Source: Chrysomallon squamiferum | Taxonomy: Eukaryota; Animalia; Mollusca | DNA length: 64,000 bases | NCBI GenBank assembly: GCA_012295275.1 | Contig: CM022665.1 | Span: forward strand, 4,898,001 to 4,962,000 | Direction: 5' to 3' | Shown: one piece after another, positions 1 to 32,656 of the stretch | Layout of the letters: every line of letters begins with the position of its first letter | Position numbering within the stretch: position 1 is the first letter of the stretch | Program-made: the position numbers and the translations under genes | Notes under the pieces: model-generated | The model's input: the letters and a program-made list of their open reading frames with translations, nothing else | The model's database searches: none | Told to the model about the DNA's origin: nothing

Positions 1-126
1 ATAGATCACATGCAAGATTTGTTGTTAAACAAAAATTAATATTAATGATTACACTTTGTTTTAATATATAAAAGCTATCACTGGTAACTATCTGAATGCA
101 GGATACAGGTATTAAGAACTACTTAC

Positions 127-269
127 TTCATGGTCTGGAATATCTAAAGGTAGTTTTTTACCTACTACCAGGCTTGTCAAGAAGGTCCAGCATTTTGCTG
201 TATTGCAGTAATTGTAACCACCTATTAAACAAGATGATAATATAAATAATCTATAATAAGATATACATC

Positions 270-303
<34 letters not shown>

Positions 304-3300
304 AAAGTATATTTAATTGCATCATTCTGAGAACAGTTTTGACATAAAGTTCTGGGATGCTACGAATCCTGCTGTTATAAAATTAAAGGTGACTGATATA
401 GATTTGGAACTTATTTCACACTCAGAATGTCACATCCTAGGGACTGGAAAGGACAATTAATACTCGGATTTCTTCAGTAGTGTAAATGGAATGCAAGATT
501 AAAAACATCTGAAAAAGAAAAAAAAGTTAAAATAACAAACCTCCACCTACAAGTAGCAAAGGCAAATTCCAGTCAAGTAAAAACTTAACACAGTGTCCTA
601 GACTCATGTGTGTTAGATTGAAGGAATCCATTGGATCACCTGCCAGACCATCTGCTCCACACTGACACACAACGGCTTCAGGATGGAATCTGTTCTTGAT
701 GTTTGACATTATTCTATGCACATATAAAAACAGTCAATATTTTTTACTTTAAAAACAGATGTTGCTTTTGTATTAAAAAAAAATAGAAATAAAAGAAATA
801 AAAAAATTTGTTTTATTCTTTTTAAAATTTTCAGCACTGAAACAAACAAAAGAACTGATAATAATCTGATTATTTTTATTTACCTACTCAAACCTTTCGC
901 ATTCCACTTTAAAACAATATTCTTGTACTTTTAATATTATTTTACTTGACCAGCAAGTTAAAAGTAAATAATACTGGTATTTAGTTTTAAAACTATATCA
1001 GTACTAAAAAGACAATATGTAGAGATGATTCACAGAGAATATATACACAGTCCTCCAAATGTATTTCTCTGTCGAGCATTAGAATTTGTCCAGACAGTGT
1101 TTGATTCCTTTTAACATACTCACGATAATGTTCTGTAATAATATTTTTATCATTTAAACTGACCTTGTGAACAAAGTTACCAACTCTGGATCATGCAATC
1201 CATCCAGCAGAGGGACATTAACACTGTAGTATTTACCTCTACCAATACCAATGTCTTCAATAGAACCCGTACCTAGAGGAAGGAAATAACAATACCAGAC
1301 AAGATGAACCTTGTGTATAATACAGAAATTTATTTTATAAATTTGATTCTATCAGATTAGATTTGAATATGGGTGCTACATGATTACCCACCTGATTAAT
1401 GAAATGCATAATTTACAAACTAAAATCCTAAAATGAACAGATAAATGCAAAATTAATTACACAGAATAATAACACTAATACCAAAAAGATCAATGATTTA
1501 CAAATATGCTCACTATATAAAAATAAATTAACATAACTGAATAATGAAACAGATAAATATGAAAAGAGTACTGAAATATATAAAACGTACCAGGAAAGAA
1601 ACCAGGAGTGTATTTGTGAAATGAAACTGTCAAAACTTTAGCAGTTGAACAGAAAGCATCTTCCACACCTGCAACAACAACAAAATAATTGTCCAGAGAT
1701 AGAAACTGTCCCATGTAAACCCTCATAATTAAATATAGATTTTTCTAATGAATGAATGGGATTTTCTTTTCTTCTTTTTTTTTTTAACAGTTAGGTTGAG
1801 ACAAAAATATAAACTCAGTAAATTTTTAGTGAGTAAATATAGTTCCCATGACAGATCTAGATATTTATTTTTAATTATGTTTTCATTTGACTAATCAATT
1901 ACAATTTATGGTAATTGCATAGCATTTATTGCAGAAATGAAATGAAATGATCACATATATATAAACAACTGAAAAAAACGCCCACCTTAAACTGCCTTAA
2001 GGGTGAGAATTCTTCTCTAATATAATTTCAGAAGGTTAATGAGCTTAATTATTTGTCATGGGAAAGAGAATATATGTTCACTAATTTGAGTGTCCAAGCT
2101 GGACTTAAAAAATAGGCATTTAGGGAGAAGTGAGAAACTTTATAAATAAATGAGCTTTTGTGAAGAGGAAATAAGACAACAAGCCAAATATTTATTTAAA
2201 CACACAACAGAAACTATAATTTTCTTATTTTCAGAGTCTTGCTGAAATCAAACCAAACAATGTCTGATCCATTCCTCGGAAATCCTCATCAAGTCATTAC
2301 ATGTTAAAAGAACAGCAGAGTAAAGTACAAAAGGGCAAAGATTTCACCCATATGACCCCTGAATTTTCATCTTCAACTTGTCTTATTATATAAGAATACT
2401 ATCATTATAATTCTGGTGAGTAAAATGTAATATGACTGAAAACGGAAATAAAATCTGGTTTGCAACAAACTTAAGTATTAAATAAAACACTAAGATTGAA
2501 TTTATACCACCAGTGCATCTTACACCAACCAGGAATAATCATCAATTTCTAAAACATTAACTGAACTTTTTGTAACAATATTTGTTTTTGACTCTCTATT
2601 ATTATATTGTATTATACAGTCAAACAACTTACCATCCCCATGATGTAAATCTAGATCAACATAGACGACTCTGTGAAATCTCTCACGCAGTTTTGTGATT
2701 CCAAGAACTATATCATTAATATAACAAAATCCACTTGCAGAATCCCTAGAAAGAAAGTGCATAATTATTTTATTACATTTACACACACAGAATTATAATA
2801 ACATTCCTTAGCCCATTAATGTGTAAATACAAAATACAGATCAGAAAGTTTTCAAAACTAAAGAGTAATTACTCATTTAGAATAGGGGTTTTCTTTTTTC
2901 TTTGGATGATTAATAAAAGGCTCATTTCAAAAGTGCAACACAGGTTATAATGTCAGTGATCTTAAGGTCACTGACAACAAATTAATATTTGATATATTCT
3001 TGGTTGTTAAGAACAATTTTCAAAATATCATGAATATTTAAAAAATGTGAGACTGAAGTTAATAAGTCTACCTTTTAGCATGATGCCAGCCTCCAAACCA
3101 ATTAATGGCCACTTCAGCATCATTATTGATCAAACTTTCAGCAGCTGCTATTGTTCCTCCAGCAATAAGGACAGCACATTTGTAAATACCAAATTGCCCT
3201 GGACAATCATATGCTGTTGATATAAATTTAAATAATTAATTATTAAATAAAACAGTATATGGAGATTGTTTTTTTGTCTTTTTTAAATCATACATTTTAA

Positions 3301-4329
3301 AACTGATTCATTAATAATATAGAAATAATGATGTTTACTAAATTACTAACTTAGTAACTATCTTAACTTTTATTTCTTTGGATTTAATAATAAAGATTTT
3401 GAGATATATGTATATATGTATTATTTAAGTGATTGGAAATAATGTATTCCTACCAAGTCCATATAATTCAGCTTCTTCTTCATATGCCTCTTCATCTTCT
3501 TGTTCACTGACTTTTTTCAGACAATCTAAATAACCTTCAGAATGAAAAGCCATAATTTCAATCATGGTTGCCTCCCTTGGTGGGCAAATCCTAAAACAAT
3601 ATTTTAAAGAAAAAGAAAAGAAAAAAAAAAAAAAGAAAAGAAACAGAAGAATCATAAAGGTAAATTCATGTTCTAATGTGCCAGTGATTTTAAAATGATC
3701 ATTTAAAAACTACCATAATTGAGACAACTATGTGCCTTAGTGTTAATGTCTTAAAACAATACTTAAAAATATCAAGTAACTGCAACTTAAAAACAAAGTT
3801 TAAAAATAAAATACAGGCCTACTATTTAATTCATCAAATTATTGGATGATTTTACTAGATATGATTATAGTACTTTAATGGAACAGCTAATCTTGCATTC
3901 AAGAAAACATGTACTTTCATCCTAGCACAATTAAGTCTATTTAACAGAAAACACTGTGTGGACAATCACTGAATCAGGCAATAATAAAATAATATTCCCT
4001 ATCTTCTTTTCCTTAAATATGTGTACACAGTGTACAGACTTGTAAAATATAAATAATAATTAAAAATTGTTCTATTATTTGGCATATTGCAGAAACAACT
4101 TAACAAGTATCTATAAATCTACAGCCACACACATAAAATTATTGCTTACTGCATATGTGATTTACTTACTTTACATACTTCAATAATCCAAAGCATTCTA
4201 TTAATTTATGAATCATGCTGGCCTATAGAAATTAAAATAAAATAAAGTCTGACATGTTAAACAACCATGTATTCATAATGATTGTTACACAATTAATAAT
4301 TATTGTGAATAGAGTTAGTTAAAATATAT

Positions 4330-4364
<35 letters not shown>

Positions 4365-4666
4365 TTAATAATTATATATCAAATCACAGTAATGATACGA
4401 TTAATGTTTACAGTTTATTTTTGATTTTTGAACACTGTTCTAAAATTTACCCTCGATGGAATCCGCGACAGAGAGTCACAACGTTGAACATATTCTCCAC
4501 TAAAAATGTATGTGACACGCCGTTTGGAAAGACAAGCGTCTCTAGTCTTTAAATTACTACTGTTAGTGTTACCCTCGTCCTTGGCTCCATTATTATTTTC
4601 TGGCTTTGATTCATCTTTTTCTTCAATTTCAGGGTCTTTGGAATCACATGAATTGTTATCTGCCAT
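127..4666 (-). CDS. HDAC8: Histone deacetylase 8, exons 1-9 (3' end lies outside the window)
   Basis: Phase-consistent GT-AG exons: 4451-4666, 4170-4222, 3454-3590, 3072-3213, 2633-2745, 1591-1668, 1164-1272, 541-713, 127-221. Class I HDAC motifs [69 protein letters not shown] (Met typical of HDAC8), GGGGYN, IPDHE. Confidence 0.96.
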
Positions 4667-4736
4667 GTTTCAAATATACTCTCGTAACGATATTAAGAAA
4701 ACATATTTTCTGACGTTTTCGAATAGCCTGTCAAAA

Positions 4737-4747
4737 TTCCCGCCATT
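4737..4747. promoter_or_regulatory. E2F-like (TTCCCGCC) / YY1-like (CGCCATT) motif about 70 bp upstream of the HDAC8 start codon
   Basis: Sequence ttcccgccatt in otherwise AT-rich DNA; motif match only. Confidence 0.3.
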
Positions 4748-5172
4748 ACATTATCTCCCCTTATACTTTTTCCGTGATATTAATTTCATCCCTTAGAAAA
4801 TGGAGAACTTCGTTAGTTGAAATAGATTTTATTAAAAGTTTAATTGAATTCTTTGGTCATTTCATAATATTGCAGATTATCAGATTTCAAACAATATAAA
4901 CGAATGTTTATATTATGGCTAACATTTTGATATCTAAAATTACTTTTACTTTATTCCGTTTTCTTCTTATCATTGTCGTTTCAAGCAATAAAATTATTTG
5001 TTATAGTGTTTAAAATATTGTTTGTTTCTTTTCTTTTTTTCGTGTGTGTGTGTGTTTTGATAGCTATAAAAATATTTACCACTGTCAAGAACCAGACGAT
5101 AAAACAACACCTATTAAGGCATGAGGTAACTGAATTAATTTGATTTGATGACTGTATTAACGTCATGGTTAT

Positions 5173-5224
<52 letters not shown>

Positions 5225-6721
5225 TTTAAATTTAAAAAAAAAAATGATTGGTAAATAAGTAAGGAAATAAATAAATTAAATACTAATATAGGTTTTTATA
5301 ACAATTAGAGAAGAAAGTTCAAACTGTTACCAGATTAAGGTGAAATATGAGGACAGAGTTTGTCGACACTAACAAAACTATCCCTGGCACGACGATTTCC
5401 ATTGGTCAAAATTGTTACGGCCATTACTTATCACGGAAGTTATTTTAGTGGATATAATTTCGCTCGCGCATATAACGCTGGATTTGCCGTTATGGCTGTT
5501 TTATTTTTTTTTTTTTTTTTTTTAAATTATTATTTCCTTATGGCGAACTCTTTATCAAAGCGTAACAACTTAATTTCGTCCGGCACTTCTGGGAGTGAAA
5601 GTGTAAAATTATGGCGCATCCTCGTTTCATGCCAGCAGACAATTTTTGCTTATCATGACTTGTAAATGGTACATATCTCTGGCCTGACTAATATATCAAA
5701 CGTAATCGTACTGATAACCACATTTTACTATTTTATCATCGTTTGTTGATTAAATATGTAAATACGTTTAGTCACAATTTATAGAATGTGTGTGTGTGTG
5801 TGTGTGTGGAGTGTGTGTGGGAATAGGTACTGGCACAGAACATTTAATCTTGGAACAATAACTGTCCTTTCTTTCGTATGTTATAGATCTTTTTTTACAA
5901 AAAGATAGCCACAATGAAAAAATAAAATAATGTTTCTATATATATTCCAACAAAAGTTATGGCTGATAATGATCTCCCAATTTTTCAATAAAAAAACAAA
6001 AACCCTAAAACAATCATATTCCTAATTTTGCCAGATCATACCTTTCAAAAATGTATAGACGGAAGCATTTAAAATAATTATAGATACCGTTTAATTTTTT
6101 CAGATTATCCCTTTCTCAGATCTGAGCTAGCAGCTTACCAAAATTATCTCTTAGGCCCCAAAATTGGATGACATTTTGACCTTTTTCTCTCAATGCCTAA
6201 TCATAACCCGATTTTTATAACTGAAACAATTTTTTGTATAGAATGAAAAAAAAAAAAATGTGTAAAAAGTTGTGTCAACACAAACTTCAAACCACACCAC
6301 GGTAGGGTAGGTTGACGGGGGGGGGGGGGTCAGGCCACATGCAGTGCAACATACAGTTCACCTCACCAACCTATTCTGATACAGCACTATGCTTATAAAG
6401 CTAAGTATGTGTCAGGTAGTATTTCTCAAGGAAATCTTCATTCGTGCCAGTTTATTAGGTTCTTACCAAAAAGCCTTTTTCTTTTCATTTCCTTCCAACG
6501 GATTTTTATTTATTATTTTATTTTATTTTATTTTATCGAAGAAAGGCTTTTATGAAAACGTTTAATTATTCACTAGAATAAATTGAAATGTAGGACAAAA
6601 ACAAATTAATGTTAAAGTCAAACTCATTAAACTACGCAACACAGCTATCACAAAATACTTCCAGTGAAATCGATAACGTCAGCTTCTACGAACCTAAATA
6701 TGAGTATTTTTTAACATCTGG

Positions 6722-6767
<46 letters not shown>

Positions 6768-7618
6768 ATAATAAATAAATATAAATAAATAAATAAAATC
6801 CTTTGCTAGTCATGTATCGCTTCACTGTTATTTTCAAAATAAGTCTCTTAATACACCATCGTAACGTAATTTCGTCTGCAACCCATTTCCATCCTTTTGT
6901 TTGTGAGAATGTATCGATGTCAAAGTTCATTTCTGACCACGAGTGACACTCGTTTAACGCGTCAAGCAAATTTCGCCGTCTGGAAAAAGGAAATGTCGCT
7001 CTTTATTGCGCTACACATTACATGCTTCTGTGAACAAAAATGTATCTGTGCCGAGCCGGGAAAAAGATAGCAATTTTCAACATGAGTTTAGGTCTAGCGG
7101 GCAGCTGTGCAGTGCGGATGCCAGTACCTAGTAGGTGCATGCGCTCTATTATTTAATCGAATTAGATCGAAATAAAATGTTTCTACGCTGCACGTAAAAG
7201 GGCCTGCGTTGTTGTCTGTTATTAGAAATGTGTGTCATGTTGTTACTGAAAGACGGCAGCGTGCACTGGTGTCTGAATATTCTTTCTAAAGGAGCAGTAT
7301 ATTTCACCTTTTCAGAAATGCATCGCCATTTGTCGTATAATCGATTTATTTAGTTACTTTTAATAAATACCGTCAGTTTCTTTAACATTTACTTCATTAC
7401 TGACATACTTAAATACACAATACTGACATGAAACGGCCTCAGTATTGAATATATATTAGTGTTTCTATAATAAACTGAACCGAGTTTCCTAGATTTCTTT
7501 ATGCTACTTTTCTTAATATTACTAATCAAAACACGTTTCCCAATACTTAACACTTACATTCTGAAGTTCTGAAGTGACGTGTCGACAAAGTATATAATAA
7601 TGCAGAACACACACACAC

Positions 7619-7651
<33 letters not shown>

Positions 7652-8705
7652 CATATTGTTTGTTACCACTTACGTTACTAAAATACATAATTATATTTCA
7701 GTAATCTAAAGTCTGGTGGATATTAGTTATCCAGTTTCTGAAGGTTTCTTAATCTGAAATAATTATTGTCACCGAAACAGTTAACGACAGCATACTAATA
7801 AACAGTAATAAAAATGCGATCTTCATATCGCACATTAAAACAGTTAATTTATGATTTTTGTAACGATATAATTTTTAAAATGATGGTGTGTGTGTGGGTG
7901 ATTGTGTGTATATATGGATGTGTGTGTGTGTATGTCTGAATGTGTGTAAATAATAAAAATATATATATATATATATATATACATGTTTGTATGCGTGTAT
8001 GTATGTACGTATGTTGTATATGCATACATTTGTGTTTATGTCTGCATGTATGTAGGAATGTGTAGGGAGACGGGTGGATAGTGCGTGTATAAATATATAA
8101 AATTAATATGTGCTTACTTTTTACTTACATAAAAACAAATTTGTCATTATTCTTTAAGTAATGCGACATATTATTTTACAATGTGGTTTAATTACCAACC
8201 GTTTTTCTCGATATAAGTCAATGTGCAGTTTTTATTGTAATGCGAATGAGGTCACCGCCTTCTTTTTTTTTTCTTTTTCCCCAGACAAATAGAGAAATGG
8301 TCAGACAGACAGACAGATAGATAGACAGATAGATGGATATAAATACACACGTATAGCTAGCTATCTCGTGAGCTAGAAACATAATCAGAGTGATAGACTG
8401 ACAGAAAAGAGAGTTAGACATTCATACCGACAGAAAGAATATAATAAGTTACAGTTAGATAACATTTTCTTATTTTGAAGTTTTAATTCATGATATATAT
8501 TTTTTTTCTTTTCTTTTTTTTTCTTTTTTTGACACGTTCCAAAAATAATATCATGAAAACGAAGACATGCGTTTACCGATCGATCATCGACCACATCCTG
8601 TTGGAGTCACTGCCCATTTTTTTTTTTTATATTTTTATTTTTTTTTTATATTTTAACCACAGAATTTATCTCAGTTGCCTTTGAACTATTCCACACATGC
8701 TTTTA

Positions 8706-8755
<50 letters not shown>

Positions 8756-9082
8756 CTTTATTATCATTATTATTTTTTTTAATTTTTTTAATTTTTATAT
8801 TTTTTAAATTATTATTATTATTATTTTGTATCCTTCAAATTTGCAACGATAGAAAATAGTCACTAAATATTCCTGCTGTAGTTGCTGTTGTTTTTATTAT
8901 TGATGGATGGTGTTGATGGATTTCATGCTGTTGTTATTTGTTATTGTTGTGACGTCTAAGTGACGTCTAGGTGACAGTGCAGGTTTGTGACTATGTGTCA
9001 TGACAGCGAATGGCTGGTAGTGGATTTACGTTTTTATGCTGAAAAGATTTATTTGTAAAACTCGTTGAACCCTGATATCAAA

Positions 9083-9192
<110 letters not shown>

Positions 9193-9573
9193 TCCCTCCC
9201 TCTCCCTCTCCCTCTCTAATTCCGTATCTATTCTTCCTCCCTCTACTTTTTCTCTAGCTCATTATTCTCTATATTTCTTCAAATACAAAAGATTTTTTCC
9301 TGTGACACGCGACTGGTTTACAAAAAGCTATGGTATGTGCTTTCCTGTCTATGTGATGTTGAATATATATCTTTGCTTACTCATAATCGATTTTTTTTTT
9401 TTTTTCGCTCACAGCATCAAACTCAAACTCCCGATACATCAAAGATTCTTGACAGGCCAATAGAAGCAGAGTATAATGTTTCACGTTCCTTGGGATGGAT
9501 CCGGTTGGTGCATTAGATGTCAGTCAGTGCTTGTTTGCGTAAGAATTTATCGTACATCGTGTAGACCTCGGTG

Positions 9574-9582
9574 TATATAAAG
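9574..9582 (+). promoter_or_regulatory. TATA box of the WAP/lustrin-like gene
   Basis: TATATAAAG 76 bp upstream of the ATG at 9650. Confidence 0.6.
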
Positions 9583-9649
9583 TGATAAGGTTGAGTAGTC
9601 ATAACAGTCACTCAAGCAAGAAGAAACATTTACTATTTGGCAAAACAGG

Positions 9650-22104
<12,455 letters not shown>

Positions 22105-22399
22105 AACCCCCTCCCGCCGCAGTTTTCGATGTTACAAGCGTTTTATGTTTGTGTAAAATGATTATTCTTTGAGTTTGATAATGTTTGGAAGGAATATATG
22201 CACTTCTTCCTCCGTTTCTTAAAGATAGTAATAATAAAACATATTTTAAAAATCATATTTTCGGTAATTTTCAAATATATGTATGAGTATGCGTGTATGT
22301 TTGAACGTATGAATCAGTTAACAGTTATTTACGGGTATGAAAACATGTTTGAGTATGTGTATCAAATAATTTCTTATTAGTTGTTGGTCGTACCTTTTA

Positions 22400-22576
22400 T
22401 ACAGAATGAAGACAGAGACATCAAACTCGTTACTGCCACTCCATAGTCTAATCTTTTCGATTGATAACAAAGTATATGTTATAAGCGCCTCTCCAAAGAC
22501 GTGTGAACATATGGCACGGTCTTTGGCAAAACAGTTGTGGAACAGGTTATAACTGAAAGTGGCCCAAAGAGTGATC
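22400..22576. mobile_element. Degenerate SINE-like interspersed repeat fragment between the convergent WAP and SIAE genes
   Basis: Complex non-coding island (ccactccatagtctaatcttttcgatt...cacggtctttggcaaaacagttgtggaac...ggcccaa) resembling, from memory only, a gastropod interspersed repeat; not verified. Confidence 0.35.
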
Positions 22577-23316
22577 TAAAAGACTTGACCTTGAAATCTA
22601 ATTATGTAAATGTACGGATTAAAATAGATAGAAAAGAAAAGTTTAAGAAACAACATGACTGACAGACTATGGGGAAAAAAATACATACGTAAATATATAC
22701 AAACACACAAGCACACACATGCACATAAATTCCGAAGAGTCCACCTAATAGAGTTCACTCTGAAATAGTCATACGTGCATAAATGTGTATATACACAACT
22801 GGAATAAGTGCATTAATGCATACATACATATATACATCATATATGCATACATACACATATACATAATATACATCTCCATACATAATTATACAGAGATTTG
22901 GAAGATCCATCTCTACTTTCATGAACGTTATTGACGTTCTGATGTTTGGTACGCAGCCCACGTTTCTGTCCGCGATCATCACATTGAAGGCAATGCAGGA
23001 AAGTGGTGTTTTACATAAATCATTTTCTGACAGTTTATCCTAAACCTTTCCGAATTTTTTTTTTTTGGCTATTCTAGCAGCAGCACGTAGCATTTGTTAC
23101 AGTTTTATTATTTTATTTAAACCAGTTTTATTTATTTATTTACCTATTTGTGTGTTTAGTTTATATAAAACGTCAAGATGAGAAAGAGATAAAAATATGA
23201 AACGAAAGATGACGAGGTCATATGACTAGAACAAGAAATAAACAAAAAGAGAAAAGTAACAACAGAAAATTAAATATTATTACACGTATGAAATACTCAG
23301 ACAAGACATTAATTTA

Positions 23317-28695
<5,379 letters not shown>

Positions 28696-30365
28696 CTTTA
28701 ATTCTGTTGCCTTTCAGACCTTCTAATGCTGAGAATGTCCAGATGTGTGTATGTGTGTATATCTACATATATATATCGTATGTATTTTATCGTATATTAT
28801 CTTACAGAGCTTATCATAAGGATTTTTTTTTTTTTTTTTAAACTTTCCACTGATACAGTTAGACTCCTGTCGTTATATTTCAACACACAATCACAGTGAC
28901 AGTGAAATATTTATAAAAGATATCTTGCGTCTCATCGAAAACGAGATTTTGTTTGCTGTCTCATTATCTGTAGTTGTCTTTAACCACACGTATGTCATGT
29001 CGTTAAATAAATAACTGTTTTTCCTTTTGGCAAATATACTTTGCCAATAATAAAGTATGAACAATAATGACAAGAATATAACAATGAGGAAGAATAAAGA
29101 CGGCCACATTACATTCATTGTTGTATGTTCTTGACGTCACGTCTTATAACATATTGGTTTATACGTATATAACTAGTATATAAGGATTTCACTGCGTAGT
29201 CCGACTTAAACCAATTGTATTTCAATGCGTCTTAAATAACAGTGAAGAAAACTAAACACAATTAGTTTTAAACACACACATACGCACTCACACGCACACA
29301 TACACACACGCACACGCCGCACACACAGATATACATTATTTTTACGTTTTTGTTTCCTCGCTTTCGTCATAAAAATAATTTTAAAATTGTTTCATTTTGA
29401 AAATATTCTGTAATACTATTTCAAAGTGTTTTTAGTATTTCGATAATTTTTTTGTTGTTAAAATATCATGTTTTAATATCAATGTTATATATTTATATAA
29501 ACACATACACATGTATTTCACAAGTTATTGTTGTCTGTAAAAGTGAAAATACTTAGTTGCTTTGGAGATCACTCACAGAAGTGTAAGTGTTCCTGTTTTA
29601 TTTCGAATAAACAAAACTTCTATTTTTATTTAAGTGTTATTCAAGTGGGTCTTTACAGAAACGTATAAATGACCTTAAAACATTTAATATTTTTATTTTT
29701 GCTTTCTAACAATTCTTTGTTAATAATTAAGTTTAGTGATGCGATAAATTCTCTTGCGTATCCATGGAGGCTGATGCTTTTCATTTCCCGTGACGTAATA
29801 TTGTACAAAAAAAAAAAAAAAAAAAAAAAGGTTAAAATTAAAAAAAAAAAACAACAAACAAAACAAACAAACAGCAACAAGAAAAAAATAAATAAATAAA
29901 TAAATAAATAAATGATGATGATAATAGAAGCTTGTTCGCTAAGAATGCAGAAATGATTTATTTAACGACATGACGTTCAAAATGATGTCACGAAACAAAG
30001 ACGACGTTTCAGGCTCTATGCATTGTCACGATCTTGTTACGTGATTGTTATATCAATTAACAAAGGTTTGTATTCACTTGGATGCTTAGGGAATGTCTTC
30101 AGGCTTGTTAGTTTGCGACTCAAATATGCGTTGCTTAAAATACGTAAGTACACACACAAATAAACACATTAAAAATAAAAACATTTTATTATAAAATGTT
30201 GACCGAAAATATATATTGATAGTATGTAATTTACAAAAGTGTTATTTTCTTCTTCTTCTTTATCTCTTTATTACGTACAATTTCTGACTTTATAAAAACA
30301 AAAAAAAAAAAACACAACTGATAATAATAATATAAAAAACAATAATAAAAAAATTTAAAAATTAA

Positions 30366-30445
<80 letters not shown>

Positions 30446-30618
30446 ACAAACAGTTTAATAAAACAAATAAATAAATAATTATAAAAAAATAATGAAAGTT
30501 TAACAAAAACTATTACGATCAAAGTACAATCAAACAATATTAATAACAGTGTGATTACCATACCACATTAAAATTAATAATTGTATCAAGAAAATATGGA
30601 CATTATTGACAAATGTCA

Positions 30619-30657
<39 letters not shown>

Positions 30658-31030
30658 GACAGATTAAAGTTAAACAAAAAAAATATATATACAATTAAAG
30701 CAGCATAAATTAATTTAATTCTCTCTGCAAGCAAAAGAAGTTTTCCTTATTATGAAAATATTACATAAATCAAACTATAAAAATACTTTAGTATTCTGAT
30801 TAAGTAGAATGTATAAAAAATTTCTTTTCGTTTGTAAAAATATGATGATATATTTATTTCAATTTTGAATGATAAAATATAAAAGCATAATGTTCATAAT
30901 TTGCACATTATTTTTTGTATTATTACTTTTGTGTATTTCTTTTTCACATTCATTACTATTTTTATTAGCATCATTGCGATCGTTAATTATTATTTTTATT
31001 TCATGACTGTCGTCATCATGATCATACTGA

Positions 31031-31240
31031 TCAGAAGGCCAGTACTCTCCACACGTGTATAAAAAAGCACACAGTTAGTGACGTCACCACGCTAGAAGTT
31101 CGTTGGTTAGCACCTGGAAGAGAAAATGGTTTATTAAAATCAGTCGTAAAATTATATGTATTACTAAGTCATTAATTGTACAAAAAAATATATATATAAA
31201 AAAAAAAAAAAAAAAAATAATAATAATAATAATAATAATA

Positions 31241-31282
<42 letters not shown>

Positions 31283-31797
31283 TCTCAACTCAAGGCTCGC
31301 GAGAATAGCTGATTTGCGTTGACGCTATACATCAGAACAAAATAATTCCTGCAGAACAATTTGCTATTTTTAAAATGAAAACCGTGTTGTTTTAAGAAGT
31401 AGATCAGCAGTCAAGCACTAGAGAAGTAACTTTGAACAATATATAAATGTAAGTAAATAACAAGAAGCCTATCAAAGTGAATATAGTTCTGTCCCAAAGA
31501 GATATATATTTGGTGATTTTATTTTCGTTTTTTTTTTTTAAGTATACAAAGTAAACAATAAAACAGAAAATAATAAAAACTCGTTCTTATAAAAATCGTA
31601 TCATATATTTTTAAATCGTTTAAAATTTAGAATTTGTTCGAATTTTTCTATATTTTGCCTTTCCCAAAAAGTAGAATAGGAATTGTTAGGTTGCTTTTAA
31701 CTTCATCGGAAATACGTTATCTGCCATTTTAATATATGTCTGTATAATTTTATTATACTTTTTATTTATTTATTTTTTAAATTTATTTATTTATTGA

Positions 31798-31831
<34 letters not shown>

Positions 31832-32046
31832 TTTTTCTAGTTTTGTATCTGTGAAATATAGATTTGAATGGTATATACTTTAAGGAATTTTATATCAAGT
31901 GTCTCACACACACGCACGCACACACACACACACACATACACACACAGTTCAGATGAACATTTGGATGATTTTATGATAGGGGAAAGAACCAGCGATATCC
32001 ATCCAAATATCTGTCTGAGCTGTTGTTTACCAGACATTACTCGGGC

Positions 32047-32107
<61 letters not shown>

Positions 32108-32595
32108 CATGCAGAGAGAGACACATTAGAAAACACAAACGTACCGCTGATTCCCATTTTGTCTGCTTCGGCAAAAACCAACTGACGTAGCTTCTGGAAC
32201 CCTGGTGAATTACCGTCATCAGACCAGATGTAGTTCACAAACACGTATATTAATCCATTTAAAGCCGTTTTGAAAGGTTCTGGTAGTAAGTCTGCTGCGT
32301 GTTTCAGTCCGGCGACGAATCCATCTCTGCCTTCGCTGGCATAGTTTTTGCAGGTTACATACATCTCCCGCACAAATTTCTCTTTCGTGTCGCCGGTCAA
32401 ATAGCTAAAAACGTCCGAAATCTTCTCGATGAATGTGTCAACGAGGGAAAATCGTTTGATGCGTAACTTACGTTGACTGCTATCTAGATGAGAACTGTCT
32501 TCAGATAATGAACGTATTCTCTTGGCACCGTCAACGTCCAGAAGACAACAAGCAAGGCAAATGGCACCCAAAACGGTAACAGCAAAAGTGGGCAT
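31031..32595 (-). CDS. Unrecognised prepro-protein (~177 aa): signal peptide, RIKR furin-type site, helical domain, C-terminal GPI-anchor-like signal
   Basis: Coding exons 32145-32595 (acceptor tttttcag, exon starts 32602; donor g|gtacgt) and 31031-31113 (acceptor ctcttccag). The phase-1 join gives ...KMGISGANQRTSSVVTSLTVCFFIHVWRVLAF*. AATAAA on minus at 30995-31000. Non-coding first exon ends at 33635 (aag|gtgagt). Confidence 0.78.
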
Positions 32596-32625
32596 ATTGT
32601 GACTGAAAAATGTTAATGATAAATG

Positions 32626-32656
<31 letters not shown>

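Noticed and set aside
9212-9255. Sequence after a (CT)n tract (ttccgtatcta.tcttcctc.ctctacttttt) shared with 34753-34795
   Set aside because: Probably an ordinary microsatellite-associated repeat tail; too short to classify.
31837-32045. Phase-compatible extra exon (ARVMSGKQQLRQIFGWISLVLSP...) in the GPI-protein gene
   Set aside because: The acceptor is only a (GT)n tract, there is no convincing donor, and the frame runs into microsatellite; the direct join to 31113 gives a coherent GPI signal.
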